DNA from: an uncultured virus (IMG/VR IMGVR_UViG_3300025782_000004)
Taxonomy: Duplodnaviria > Heunggongvirae > Uroviricota > Caudoviricetes
Strand: one strand, 5' to 3'
Virus record (IMG/VR): IMGVR_UViG_3300025782_000004
Length of the DNA: 64,000 nt
Shown here: positions 1 through 9,273 of the stretch, in pieces
How positions within the stretch are numbered: the first letter of the stretch is position 1
Layout of the letters: every line of letters begins with the position of its first letter
Translations under genes and position numbers: made by a program
The notes under the pieces: model-generated
Database searches by the model: none
What the model saw: the letters and a program-made list of their open reading frames with translations, nothing else
Told to the model about the DNA's origin: nothing

Positions 1-51
1 ACTTCTACATGATATTTCATAACAGTATAACAGGTATGACGCCGATCTAAT

Positions 52-822
52 TTAGTTACTTTCATGATTTTTTATCATTCCTCGATTAAACATTTCGGGT
101 AACAATATTTCATCTGTCCATTTTTCGCTACATGTTGGGCCTGGATGAAATAAATCATCGTGAAGCAAATTATTTTTAAATGCATATTCAAACATAAAAT
201 CCATGGGCCTGTTTGGTATCCAAGGAATAGCACGAAGTTGTGCCAGTGTATTCTTGTCTACATATCCTTCAAATTCGTGAGTAGTATCTCTCTTGGGAAT
301 ATATGGCGGAAACAGCAGATTGGAATAAAAAGAAAAAACATAAGGTATATTTTTATCTTCTAGATATTTTTTAACTTCAAAAATTTTATCTGCAGATTCT
401 TGCGCAACAATACTCTTATCAAATTTGGCAAATTTATTAACATTACTAATGCGTTGGTATTCAACTCCTCCGATCAATGGTTGTATATTGCTGTTAATTA
501 TTTTTTGTTCTTTTCGATCTATACCGCTCCACATTACAATAACTATGCATTTTTCACGTTCGGCATTGTTAAATGCATCAATTTGATACATAATGCTGTC
601 GCCAATGAATTCGTTGCCGGCACCTGGGTAACTCCAATCCACGCAGTATTCGAATCCACATCGATCCAACACAAATCCTGGCCAACTTGCACAAAAATCA
701 GTCTGTAAAGTGTTGGCAGTAAAACTGCATCCACTGGTCAATAGTATGCCACGATCCACTGAATAATGTTGGGGGATACTGGGTGTCCATTTTAGAATTT
801 TTGGTACCGGTAAAAACTTCAT
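52..822 (-). CDS. SGNH-hydrolase-like protein (paralog 1 of 4)
   Basis: LLTSGCSFT block, GAGN, VMWSGIDR and terminal DLFHP motif. Start taken at MKFLP, just after the stop of the upstream gene; start uncertain. Confidence 0.6.
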   Translation of the reverse strand: MKFLPVPKILKWTPSIPQHYSVDRGILLTSGCSFTANTLQTDFCASWPGFVLDRCGFEYCVDWSYPGAGNEFIGDSIMYQIDAFNNAEREKCIVIVMWSGIDRKEQKIINSNIQPLIGGVEYQRISNVNKFAKFDKSIVAQESADKIFEVKKYLEDKNIPYVFSFYSNLLFPPYIPKRDTTHEFEGYVDKNTLAQLRAIPWIPNRPMDFMFEYAFKNNLLHDDLFHPGPTCSEKWTDEILLPEMFNRGMIKNHESN

Positions 823-823
823 G

Positions 824-1093
824 TTATTTGTATTTTCCTTCAATGTCTGAAGTACTTGATGCTTTATATTTGGATTCGGTTACTACTATTTTTTGAGCTT
901 CGTCTTGGCACATGTCTTTACCATCTAACGAACGAGATATTTTGCAGTCCTTTCCGTTTATAGTACTTACAACATGATCAGACATAGTCTTGCCTGTTGA
1001 TTCGTTTACTCCTACACTAGCTACACCTGCTATAAACATAGGAACAGCACAACCTGGTAATAGCATTATAACAAGTATTAGTATGTATTTCAT
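824..1093 (-). CDS. Putative lipoprotein
   Basis: MKYILILVIMLLPGC signal peptide and lipobox; start moved to the ATG at 1093. Confidence 0.65.
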   Translation of the reverse strand: MKYILILVIMLLPGCAVPMFIAGVASVGVNESTGKTMSDHVVSTINGKDCKISRSLDGKDMCQDEAQKIVVTESKYKASSTSDIEGKYK

Positions 1094-1097
1094 GCTA

Positions 1098-1133
1098 TAA
1101 AAAGGAGGACTTACGGGAAAGGAACCTGCCTCC
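1098..1133 (-). terminator. Probable intrinsic terminator after the AAA ATPase gene
   Basis: GGAGG...CCTCC stem followed by TTTTT on the minus strand; loop is long. Confidence 0.45.
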
Positions 1134-1152
1134 ATGACGCTAGCGAAACTGT

Positions 1153-2253
1153 TTACTTACCACCAGCAGCAATAATATACTTGCCGTAACGCTTGTGGAA
1201 CTCATCAAAGTTCTTCAGCTTACCTGGTACCAAGGGTAAGTTATAAGTAGTCAATGCAACACGAGCACCCATAACAACCAACTCAGTGGTAAAATTATCC
1301 ATCATAAAGCGGAAGAAGTTATCTGCCATACCATGCCATTCACCAATCTTGTCTTTACCAAGTTTAGCGTATGCATCTTGTAATTCATAGCACATACTAA
1401 CAGTCAAAGAATACATAGCTGATACTTCTTTGATCTTGAGTTCTTTGACCTTACCAGCCAATACTTCTGATGGGTTAGGCATTTGTCCAGCTACCTTGCG
1501 GTGTGCCATAAACTTAATACCAAGACCATCACCAATAGTACCTGAGATCAAGTCTGCCAATTCTGCATCTGTAGCATCTTCGTCATACAAGAATTCTGAT
1601 ACAAATGACCAAGAGCGTGGAGTAGCAAAACTACGGCTAGAGCTCTTGGGATTAAAGTCCATCAAGTCATTCTTAGCAAAGCCAATATAACCTACCACGT
1701 CCTTGTGGATACGATGCTTAACAGCCCACTCGTTCCAAGAGTCATAGTCAGAACGTACTTCTAAGTGTACGAAACGATTTGCTAAGGGCATTGGCATACG
1801 GAAACTTACACCTTTGTCTGACTCACGGTTACCAGCCGCAACAATCACAACATTCTTTGGCAAGTGATATTTGCCTAGTCTGCGATTGAGAACCAACTGA
1901 TATGCAGCCGCTTGCACAGCAGGAGCTGCCACGTTCATTTCGTCTAAGAACAGGGTAATAACTGGGAATTCTTTAGCCATTTCTTCAGTTGGCAAATCCA
2001 CTGGTTCGGCCCAGTCCATCTTACCAATGTCTTTGTTATAAAATGGAATACCACGTAAGTCTGTCGGCTCCATTTGACCTAGACGTAAGTCAATCATAAG
2101 ACCACCAAGTTCTTGGGTCAAATCTGCAACCAACTCACTCTTACCAACACCTGGAGGACCCCAGAGGAATACAGGACGTTGAACTTTGAATGCACGTAGC
2201 AAACGACTACGAGCTTCTGATACTGTTACTGTACGATTTTCGCTAACTGCCAT
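1153..2253 (-). CDS. MoxR-like AAA+ ATPase
   Basis: Walker A GPPGVGKS, Walker B LFLDE, AAGN sensor, NRF arginine finger, TPRSW. Confidence 0.85.
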   Translation of the reverse strand: MAVSENRTVTVSEARSRLLRAFKVQRPVFLWGPPGVGKSELVADLTQELGGLMIDLRLGQMEPTDLRGIPFYNKDIGKMDWAEPVDLPTEEMAKEFPVITLFLDEMNVAAPAVQAAAYQLVLNRRLGKYHLPKNVVIVAAGNRESDKGVSFRMPMPLANRFVHLEVRSDYDSWNEWAVKHRIHKDVVGYIGFAKNDLMDFNPKSSSRSFATPRSWSFVSEFLYDEDATDAELADLISGTIGDGLGIKFMAHRKVAGQMPNPSEVLAGKVKELKIKEVSAMYSLTVSMCYELQDAYAKLGKDKIGEWHGMADNFFRFMMDNFTTELVVMGARVALTTYNLPLVPGKLKNFDEFHKRYGKYIIAAGGK

Positions 2254-2288
2254 TTTAGTTTCCTTTCAAAATTAACTACTAAAAATAT

Positions 2289-2317
2289 ATTATACAATAA
2301 TGACATTTATGTGTCTG
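2289..2317 (-). promoter_or_regulatory. sigma70-type promoter
   Basis: CAGACA-N17-TATAAT upstream of the AAA ATPase gene. Confidence 0.55.
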
Positions 2318-2333
2318 TTGTTTATCTGCAACA

Positions 2334-2669
2334 TCAGGTGATTTTAATGCTATTTTCTGCCATACGATCACTATAAATCTTACGACCACGTTCACGGATC
2401 AAGTCAGCCATGGCCTGAGGATTATGCTCAAACATCTCACATACATCTTCTTTGCTAATGCTAGATTCCATAGTTACAGTATAAACTTCATAATGACGCT
2501 GACCGTTTGCACGAGCTCGCATCATAACCGCATTAACAATGTGATTGAGTCTGGGGGTTTGCTGGTCCTGTAGTGTAGCCCAGGTTGCTTCTTTTTCAAG
2601 GTCGGTGACATTGATTATAGAATCTAATCCTAGCATATCCCAACTTAACAAGAAGACGTTGCCTTCCAT
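2334..2669 (-). CDS. Hypothetical phage protein
   Basis: 111-aa ORF translationally coupled to its neighbour. Confidence 0.7.
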   Translation of the reverse strand: MEGNVFLLSWDMLGLDSIINVTDLEKEATWATLQDQQTPRLNHIVNAVMMRARANGQRHYEVYTVTMESSISKEDVCEMFEHNPQAMADLIRERGRKIYSDRMAENSIKIT

Positions 2670-2866
2670 TATACTTCTGCGATTTCCCAGTTATTGATAC
2701 GACGCTCAACTTCTTCGTTGAGTACATCTTTAATAAGTGCTTCTGTGGTGTTGACAGAAGTACACTCATTGAATGTTTCGGCCAAACCCATCAACTCCTG
2801 AACGCCCATATTGCGAACAAGTTGTTGATACTGTTCTTTGGTTAAGGTTTTATTAAATGTTGACAT
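2669..2866 (-). CDS. Hypothetical protein
   Basis: AGGAG SD upstream; TAATG overlap with the next gene. Confidence 0.65.
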   Translation of the reverse strand: MSTFNKTLTKEQYQQLVRNMGVQELMGLAETFNECTSVNTTEALIKDVLNEEVERRINNWEIAEV

Positions 2867-2875
2867 ACCTACTCC

Positions 2876-3145
2876 TTATCTTGACAAGTTGATAATACGA
2901 CCTTGGTATTCCATAAAACTAACTTTCCAAGGAACAAAAACAATTTCACCAACACGGCAACCATTGCGACGCTCAGTAAACTCTTTACCATCAAACACAT
3001 CGCGAACTACACGAACCTTGTATGCTTGATAACCATTACTAGTATCACAACGATCTAGAACACGACCTTCAACAAAACAATCACTACGGCCGAACATTGG
3101 TTTGAAATCATATGCACGGATATAATCGTTTACTTGAACTTCCAT
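2876..3145 (-). CDS. Hypothetical early protein
   Basis: Start MEVQVNDY with AGGAG SD, downstream of a promoter. Confidence 0.65.
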   Translation of the reverse strand: MEVQVNDYIRAYDFKPMFGRSDCFVEGRVLDRCDTSNGYQAYKVRVVRDVFDGKEFTERRNGCRVGEIVFVPWKVSFMEYQGRIINLSR

Positions 3146-3175
3146 TGTCTGCTCCTTATTAATTACTATACCCAT

Positions 3176-3204
3176 AGTATAGCATTTCGGCAATTTGGCT
3201 ACAA
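3176..3204 (-). promoter_or_regulatory. sigma70-type promoter with extended -10
   Basis: TTGTAG-N17-TATACT; spacer nearly identical to the promoter at 60888-60916. Confidence 0.6.
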
Positions 3205-3220
3205 CCAAAATTTGAGCCGT

Positions 3221-3248
3221 AAAAAAACCCCAAAAAAATGGGGTTTTT
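3221..3248. terminator. Intrinsic terminator, possibly bidirectional
   Basis: A-tract, CCCCA/TGGGG stem, T-tract. Confidence 0.7.
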
Positions 3249-3271
3249 GACCGTTGTTTTTTCGCAACAGA

Positions 3272-4264
3272 TTAGATTTCAGCTAAATTTTCCCGGAATA
3301 TCCGCCAACATTCTTCCCAAGTCCAATGCTGGCTAGATAGTTTAACTTGTGCCCGATCTAGGGTTAAACATTCGCGTACAGCCTCTTCTAAATCCCAATC
3401 CATGTATCCGTTTACACTCTGTTCGATAATGTCTACGGGTCCTTGCACTGGGAAAGCCGCTACCGGAGTACCTTGTGCCATTGCTTCAATAATAACCAGG
3501 CCAAAAGTATCTGCTTGGCTAGGAAATACAAACACGTCTGCTTGATGATAGTAGTCTACTAATTCTTGCCCCGATTTATAACCAACAAATGTAGCCCACG
3601 GTAACAGTCGACGAGCTTCCTTCATATATGGACCATCACCTACTATAACTAACGTATATTCAGTTGGATCCAGTTCTGCCAAAATCGCCAGACCTTTTTC
3701 ACTGCTGACACGTCCTACATTGAGTAGTAATGGTTTCGTACGTTCACAACGTTCTTGGCTAGGTTCAAGGTTTCTGTTGACTCCGCGTGTCCAAACAACC
3801 ATGCGTTCAAAGCCATGTGACTCTAAATCCTTTTGTATAGTCTTTGTAGTAACTAGCACACGATGACTGTTCTTATGAAACCAACGTAGATACCAATAGG
3901 TCAGGCTCTTGGGTACCCGATACATTGTCTTTAAGAACTCGGGGAAATCAGTATGATAACTAGTATTATAAGGAATATGATTGCGCTCACACCACCACCT
4001 TGCAAATAGGCCTACAGGGCCTTCTGTAGCGATATGTATAAAATCCGGCTGTATCGCTTTAATTTTCTTACTGATACCTTGCGGCCAACAGAGACGAACT
4101 TCAGGATAGCCAGGGCAAGCAAAATTAGGGAACTGCCCGGGATCAAGATAAACAATGTTATACCCATCACTGCGAGCACAATCTTCCAAGTTTTTGAAAG
4201 TTGTGACCACGCCATTAACTTGATCACGTAAGTTATCCGTTATTACTAGTATTGTTTTTATCAC
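3272..4264 (-). CDS. GT4 glycosyltransferase (Agt-like glycolipid synthase)
   Basis: QVNGVVTT, HIATEGPVG, VGRVSSEKG and DTFGLVIIEAMAQGTPV motifs. Confidence 0.85.
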   Translation of the reverse strand: MIKTILVITDNLRDQVNGVVTTFKNLEDCARSDGYNIVYLDPGQFPNFACPGYPEVRLCWPQGISKKIKAIQPDFIHIATEGPVGLFARWWCERNHIPYNTSYHTDFPEFLKTMYRVPKSLTYWYLRWFHKNSHRVLVTTKTIQKDLESHGFERMVVWTRGVNRNLEPSQERCERTKPLLLNVGRVSSEKGLAILAELDPTEYTLVIVGDGPYMKEARRLLPWATFVGYKSGQELVDYYHQADVFVFPSQADTFGLVIIEAMAQGTPVAAFPVQGPVDIIEQSVNGYMDWDLEEAVRECLTLDRAQVKLSSQHWTWEECWRIFRENLAEI

Positions 4265-5012
4265 TAGATTGCGTCCATGTTACTATTTCCCAACGGCCGT
4301 CCCAATGCTCTACTAACGCTGTCATTGATTCTACCCAGTCGCCATCGTTCATATAAACAACACCATCTATTGTTTTTATTTCGGCGTGATGTATGTGACC
4401 ACAGATAACTCCATCAAAGCCACGCTTACGACAGTAACCAGCAAGATTAAGCTCAAACTGAAAAATGAAATCCACGGACGATTTAACTTTATGCTTAAGG
4501 TACTTAGATAGACTCCAATACCCAAAACCAAGACGGTGACGAATCCAATTAAAACGACTGTTAAGGCCAAGAATAAAATCATACAATTTATCCCCAAGGA
4601 AATTTAACCAAGGTGCTAGTTTACTTATACCATCAAACAGGTCACCGTGTGTAACCAAGTAACGTAGGCCATCTAGACCTACGTGCTCGCATTGATTTAC
4701 TATTTCAACTTGACCAAAGCCCATACCATATGGTATTAGTGGACGGAGAAATTCGTCGTGGTTGCCAGCTATATAAACTACTCGAGTTCCACGTTTAGCG
4801 TGACCTAGTATTCGTCTGATAGCATTGGTATGGCTTTGTTTCCATCGCCACTTGTTTTGTTGAATTTTCCAAGCGTCAATAATGTCGCCTACTAAGTAGA
4901 GGGTGTTGCAAGTGTTGTGTTTGAGAAAGTTGTTGAGTTCTTCGGCTTTACAATCGCGAGTGCCGAAGTGTATGTCTGAAATAAAAATTGAGCGATAAGT
5001 CTTGGCTTTCAT
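4233..5012 (-). CDS. Metallophosphoesterase, LpxH/PlcP (phospholipase C)-like
   Basis: SDIHFG, GDIID, GNHDE, THGD, GHIH and NDGDWVE motifs. Confidence 0.85.
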   Translation of the reverse strand: MKAKTYRSIFISDIHFGTRDCKAEELNNFLKHNTCNTLYLVGDIIDAWKIQQNKWRWKQSHTNAIRRILGHAKRGTRVVYIAGNHDEFLRPLIPYGMGFGQVEIVNQCEHVGLDGLRYLVTHGDLFDGISKLAPWLNFLGDKLYDFILGLNSRFNWIRHRLGFGYWSLSKYLKHKVKSSVDFIFQFELNLAGYCRKRGFDGVICGHIHHAEIKTIDGVVYMNDGDWVESMTALVEHWDGRWEIVTWTQSSDKNNTSNNG

Positions 5013-5057
5013 AACCATATTTATCGAAACACTCTATTGTATGATGTTACAGAATTA

Positions 5058-5711
5058 TTACTCAACAATACCTTTTTGATATTTTTGAATTCGCACTAGA
5101 TCCAGTGGTGGGTTACAGCTAGGTATACGTTGATATTTTTTATAGTATTCTAACAGTAGATCTAGTTCAGCAGTCTTACAATAACTAGGATGCATGGGCA
5201 AATATGCTTGATACACATGATCAATTTGATGCTTACCAAAGTTTTCTTTGAATGCTGTCCCACACCCATATGGACTCAATCGGGGATTTCTTACAGTACC
5301 TTTAAAGTCTGTACGACGACCCAACATACCATTGCGACTGGTAGCTCGAGATTGTCCTATATAAAACACTCCTTGGTCTAAAAAGTCAGCAGAGTCTGAT
5401 GGTGCACCATCTAAAAATAATCCATAGACATAACAACCGGGGTGTGCTTTATCAAATCCCCAAGACTTATCCCATTTCTCGTCAATTTGATGCCATTGAG
5501 TAAAGGATGTTAGTGCAGGTCGAGTAAGAGTCTGTGTTTGAGTGGTGAACGCTCCTTTACCGCTGATCTCGGAACACTTGTATAAACTATAGGCTAACTG
5601 ATCAACATTTGAACAATGTTTAAATACTTCGTAGAGTTGATCTTCAGTCAGCCCGTGATTACCAGATCCGGATCTAATATTTTGTGCTAGTGCTTTGGCT
5701 AAGTCGTTCAT
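5058..5711 (-). CDS. GIY-YIG-like nuclease domain protein
   Basis: GCYVY...FYIGQS...R...AELDLL...PSCN pattern in the C-terminal half. Confidence 0.5.
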   Translation of the reverse strand: MNDLAKALAQNIRSGSGNHGLTEDQLYEVFKHCSNVDQLAYSLYKCSEISGKGAFTTQTQTLTRPALTSFTQWHQIDEKWDKSWGFDKAHPGCYVYGLFLDGAPSDSADFLDQGVFYIGQSRATSRNGMLGRRTDFKGTVRNPRLSPYGCGTAFKENFGKHQIDHVYQAYLPMHPSYCKTAELDLLLEYYKKYQRIPSCNPPLDLVRIQKYQKGIVE

Positions 5712-6760
5712 TTTTTACCAATATACTCGTGGCTGTAGCAAACACGATACGCATCACGAACAGTAGTGGTGCCACCATAGCCTGCCATCTTACGTGCAGT
5801 ACCATCTTTGTTTAAGTAACTGCCTACTCTAGATTTCTTATTCATTGACGTAGGGCGCCATAACGGTGACTTTTCACGATGTTCACCAAATGATGGGTGT
5901 GCTGTTTTACTAAAGTAGCGTAGTCCGCGGCTTACATATATTTCAGCAATAGCATCACTAAATGCTGTGCCTATACCCATACCTTGGAACTCGGGTAGTA
6001 TTACTGTACGATGGCCACGCCAATAACTATGAATATCTCTATTAGTAGAATGTATGGCGGCATGGAAGCCGATAGGCTTGTCACCTAACAGTAAGACATA
6101 GTAGTGAGCACTTTTGCTAATTGCAGTATCTAGATAGTGATACTTACTGAAATATCTCCAATAGTCGACACTTGTGCTTTTGATGGTGAGTGTAAGTTCT
6201 GGTCTTGTCCCCAGTCGAAGAAGTGACCTCCGATTTTCTAAGACACAGAGATCCGTGTCATATACGTAGTCTGGATCTAACCATTCTACTATGTCCCTGT
6301 GGCAACTTGCAATGTATAGTGGATCTGTTGTGCCACGGCGATCATAAAACTTACGAATACTTAATGCAAGACTTTTAGCAGTATCTCGGTCAACAACCGA
6401 CGTAAACTCATCTACTGTGGTTAGCCCTTGATCTAAACTAATAGCCATTTCAAAGCGATGGTACTCGCCATTGCTTAATGTATTGGGTGATCGGAACCAA
6501 GTAGGAATACTACGAAGTCCGCAAGCAAGCAGCAATTCTTCTCCACGCTCTGCGGTAGTAAAGTTATCAATTGTTATACGAGTATTATCTACAGTTGGTT
6601 GACGAAGTTCACCTAGGCTACGCAAGATAGTACTCTTACCACTACCACTGGTACCTACTATAAGCACAATACCATCTGTGGGTAATTCGGGAATGGTAAC
6701 AGCAGGCTCTTTATAGTCTTTGATATCGTATTTCTTTTTGATTTCTTCTAAGTAGCTCAT
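5708..6760 (-). CDS. ABC-type ATPase fused to a GNAT acetyltransferase
   Basis: GTSGSGKS, LSNGE, VDEFTS and SCH (ABC); RTVILPEFQGMGIG (GNAT acetyl-CoA motif). Confidence 0.85.
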   Translation of the reverse strand: MSYLEEIKKKYDIKDYKEPAVTIPELPTDGIVLIVGTSGSGKSTILRSLGELRQPTVDNTRITIDNFTTAERGEELLLACGLRSIPTWFRSPNTLSNGEYHRFEMAISLDQGLTTVDEFTSVVDRDTAKSLALSIRKFYDRRGTTDPLYIASCHRDIVEWLDPDYVYDTDLCVLENRRSLLRLGTRPELTLTIKSTSVDYWRYFSKYHYLDTAISKSAHYYVLLLGDKPIGFHAAIHSTNRDIHSYWRGHRTVILPEFQGMGIGTAFSDAIAEIYVSRGLRYFSKTAHPSFGEHREKSPLWRPTSMNKKSRVGSYLNKDGTARKMAGYGGTTTVRDAYRVCYSHEYIGKK

Positions 6761-7230
6761 TTTGTAAATACTCCAGAAAACTGTTCCAGCAACAAGGGCA
6801 ATATCGCAGGAGCAGTATCATCAGTCAAATTACTCATCACACGATTTAAGATAGCAGGCAACACTTGAAAGTTACTGGGAACATCAGCGCCGCCCTTTGA
6901 TCTAGGAACAATATGATCTAGTTGTGGTTGATGCCATTCGTCATCTACATGCTCCAGGGGAATACGATTTTCACCCTTGCCCCAATCGTATAATCTATAC
7001 ACACCCTGACCATCAGTCCAACCATCGGGTGCTTTGGCATACATTTCTTCAGCTTCGGCATCAGTCCACCGATACTTGTTTTTATAGTAACCAAAAATAG
7101 CCACACGCTTTAGATCGCGAGTCTCGCAAAACTCTCTAAAGATATCCATGGTGTAGTATGTGTTATCTTCAAAGCTAGTGCAAGGCTCACGTTTGGCTAT
7201 GCTTTCGTTGATAGTTTGGTAGTTCTTCAT
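6757..7230 (-). CDS. HNH endonuclease domain protein
   Basis: LDHIVPRSKGG...SNFQVL...LN; start at MKNYQ right after the upstream stop. Confidence 0.75.
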   Translation of the reverse strand: MKNYQTINESIAKREPCTSFEDNTYYTMDIFREFCETRDLKRVAIFGYYKNKYRWTDAEAEEMYAKAPDGWTDGQGVYRLYDWGKGENRIPLEHVDDEWHQPQLDHIVPRSKGGADVPSNFQVLPAILNRVMSNLTDDTAPAILPLLLEQFSGVFTK

Positions 7231-7231
7231 A

Positions 7232-8431
7232 TTAGACCAAAGGCAATGTGAACTTGTTATTACCACTTGGCCATGCAGGTTCTGCCCATGCAATCTCTGG
7301 GGCATACTTCTTACATACTTGCCAAATACCATGAGCAATAATCATTTCCTCTGGAACACGACTGTTGCTGTAGCTAGCTGAAGTTTGATCTTTATACTCA
7401 TCCTTGATGTTTTTATGCAATTGACCACCTGTGTTGGCTTTAGTCCAACGCTTTTTAAGTGCGTTCATAATAGCAAAGTCCACGGTCATGTCATCTTCTT
7501 TGAGATTTTGATATTTGAGGAATTCCATCAATCCCCATGAATTTGCAGTATGGAATTTGCTAGTACCAAACAACTGTGCATTGATTGTGGTAGCACGAGT
7601 AAAGTAATCCTGGCCGTAGGTAATACGATACTTGATCATGTTACCAATACTAGTAAGTACTAGCGCACGACTACCATCATCGACTTTTTCGGCTACTGTA
7701 ATACCTAAATTGCCAAACAATTCGCTGAGTTCATAGCTGATTGCATCTTCTGGCTCACTAGGCATACCAGCATCACGTGCGGCCTGTTCACGTTGTACAC
7801 GAATGCGGTAACGGTCAAACTCACTGGCTACAAGGCTATGAATGTTCAGAGCCGCATACTGTGACACGTCCCAAAACTCATCGTCACTGGTAATGTAGTT
7901 GATAGGTACATCTTCAATGCCTAGAATGATACAGCCCAATGTTCGATGCTGTGCATCATTAACAAACAAGTAACCTTTTGAGTTCATACGACCCACACCA
8001 GGCAAGACTAAACCTGGATTAAAGCGGAAGATAATATCTTCAAAAATATGACGCAGGAATACGTCACGTTGTTTTTCGGCATTCTTAACTAACTTGTCTA
8101 GTGGTTGCAAGTTATCTGCTGTGTAGTTTAGTGCTTGAGTATTAAGTTTAGTAGCCGCATCGTTAAGGCTATCATACACTGGCAGGTCAATGCCTAGCAG
8201 TGGATTGTCTGTGCCCATTAGCACAATTTTATTTAAACAGTAGACAACAATGTCTACCAGTGTGGGCTGTTTGCCTAGTGAACGAGTATTAACATACTCT
8301 GGAATACGTTTGAGGCGGCTCTTTTGCTCGGCAAGTGAAAGGGAGTTCCAAGGTACTCGATTGGCCTTTGGGCCCAATACCTTGAATAAGTCAGCACCGA
8401 ATTGTGCTGTAATTTTTGGATGATATGACAT
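7232..8431 (-). CDS. DGQHR/ParB-Srx-like domain protein
   Basis: KQRD...FNP...VNDAQHRTL motif resembling DGQHR; AAGGA SD. Confidence 0.55.
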   Translation of the reverse strand: MSYHPKITAQFGADLFKVLGPKANRVPWNSLSLAEQKSRLKRIPEYVNTRSLGKQPTLVDIVVYCLNKIVLMGTDNPLLGIDLPVYDSLNDAATKLNTQALNYTADNLQPLDKLVKNAEKQRDVFLRHIFEDIIFRFNPGLVLPGVGRMNSKGYLFVNDAQHRTLGCIILGIEDVPINYITSDDEFWDVSQYAALNIHSLVASEFDRYRIRVQREQAARDAGMPSEPEDAISYELSELFGNLGITVAEKVDDGSRALVLTSIGNMIKYRITYGQDYFTRATTINAQLFGTSKFHTANSWGLMEFLKYQNLKEDDMTVDFAIMNALKKRWTKANTGGQLHKNIKDEYKDQTSASYSNSRVPEEMIIAHGIWQVCKKYAPEIAWAEPAWPSGNNKFTLPLV

Positions 8432-8454
8432 TACATTTCCTTTAAGTGTGTTTT

Positions 8455-8511
8455 ATAACAAAGTAAACGATAACACGTTTACCTAGTTGAATCTACTTGA
8501 TAACACAAGTA
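8455..8511 (-). promoter_or_regulatory. Two leader hairpins with identical UGUUAU loops
   Basis: Plus strand GTAAACG-ATAACA-CGTTTAC (8463-8482) and TACTTG-ATAACA-CAAGTA (8494-8511); third ATAACA at 8455-8460. Confidence 0.65.
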
Positions 8512-8519
8512 TTAAAGTA

Positions 8520-8548
8520 ATTATAGCGTCAAAGGATTATTGTGTCAA
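8520..8548 (-). promoter_or_regulatory. Consensus sigma70 promoter
   Basis: TTGACA-N17-TATAAT, perfect match. Confidence 0.85.
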
Positions 8549-8576
8549 CCAGGCCCTAAGTTAGTGCCCACTAACC

Positions 8577-8957
8577 CTACTGCGTTAGTTCTATTGAGTC
8601 TAAATAGGCCCGCAAGTTACCCGAATGTAGAGTAAGCATCATGGCTTCTTCCTCCTCAAAGACAATTATCTTTTGCCGTTTGAGTAGATAGTAGGGACCT
8701 TTGAGATAGCGTTCAAGTTGTAGTAGGCCATGGTTAGTTAGCTCTTCGGGTAATTGAAATTCATAACTCTGTAGCTTGAGAACGGCCTTGACCATTTGAA
8801 GGCCTGCAAGACTTAGTCTTAGACTGGTATCATCTGTAGGATTTTTGAACCAACGTTTTTGCATGTCGGTTGTTTGACCAACAGGAATATCAGCCTGCGT
8901 TACAAATATTTTTGTTAGCTGACGTTGGGTGTAACGCTTAGGGGAAGATTTGCTCAC
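8577..8957 (-). CDS. Hypothetical phage protein
   Basis: 126-aa ORF in an operon. Confidence 0.7.
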   Translation of the reverse strand: MSKSSPKRYTQRQLTKIFVTQADIPVGQTTDMQKRWFKNPTDDTSLRLSLAGLQMVKAVLKLQSYEFQLPEELTNHGLLQLERYLKGPYYLLKRQKIIVFEEEEAMMLTLHSGNLRAYLDSIELTQ

Positions 8958-9225
8958 CTTGCTTTAACAAGACCACTGAGAACTTGTCTGTCTTGTATAG
9001 TGTGTTTAATTTTTTGCAAAGGTTAATTGCATGTCCAGAATTACTAAAACTTATTTTAGAATATTTTGGGCCTGGATAGCTAGTGAGGATATTGAATGAC
9101 CTCATGTTGATAGGTTGGTTGTCATAAAAGACCGCCCAGATGCCTTCAGCAGCTAGGACCTGCTGACTTTTGTAAGTTGATTTATTAACGTGGTCTAATA
9201 AAACCGTTGGCTTTGGTCTTGACAT
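8938..9225 (-). CDS. Hypothetical phage protein
   Basis: 95-aa ORF; AAGGA SD and TAAATA upstream. Confidence 0.75.
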   Translation of the reverse strand: MSRPKPTVLLDHVNKSTYKSQQVLAAEGIWAVFYDNQPINMRSFNILTSYPGPKYSKISFSNSGHAINLCKKLNTLYKTDKFSVVLLKQGEQIFP

Positions 9226-9273
9226 TTCACTAATCCTTGATATACTGTTTATTTATCTCATAATATACGTATA

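Noticed and set aside
1094..1150. Possible preQ1 riboswitch or tRNA-like element (contains GGTTC)
   Set aside because: No preQ1 consensus or cloverleaf; a stem plus U-run after a gene fits a terminator.
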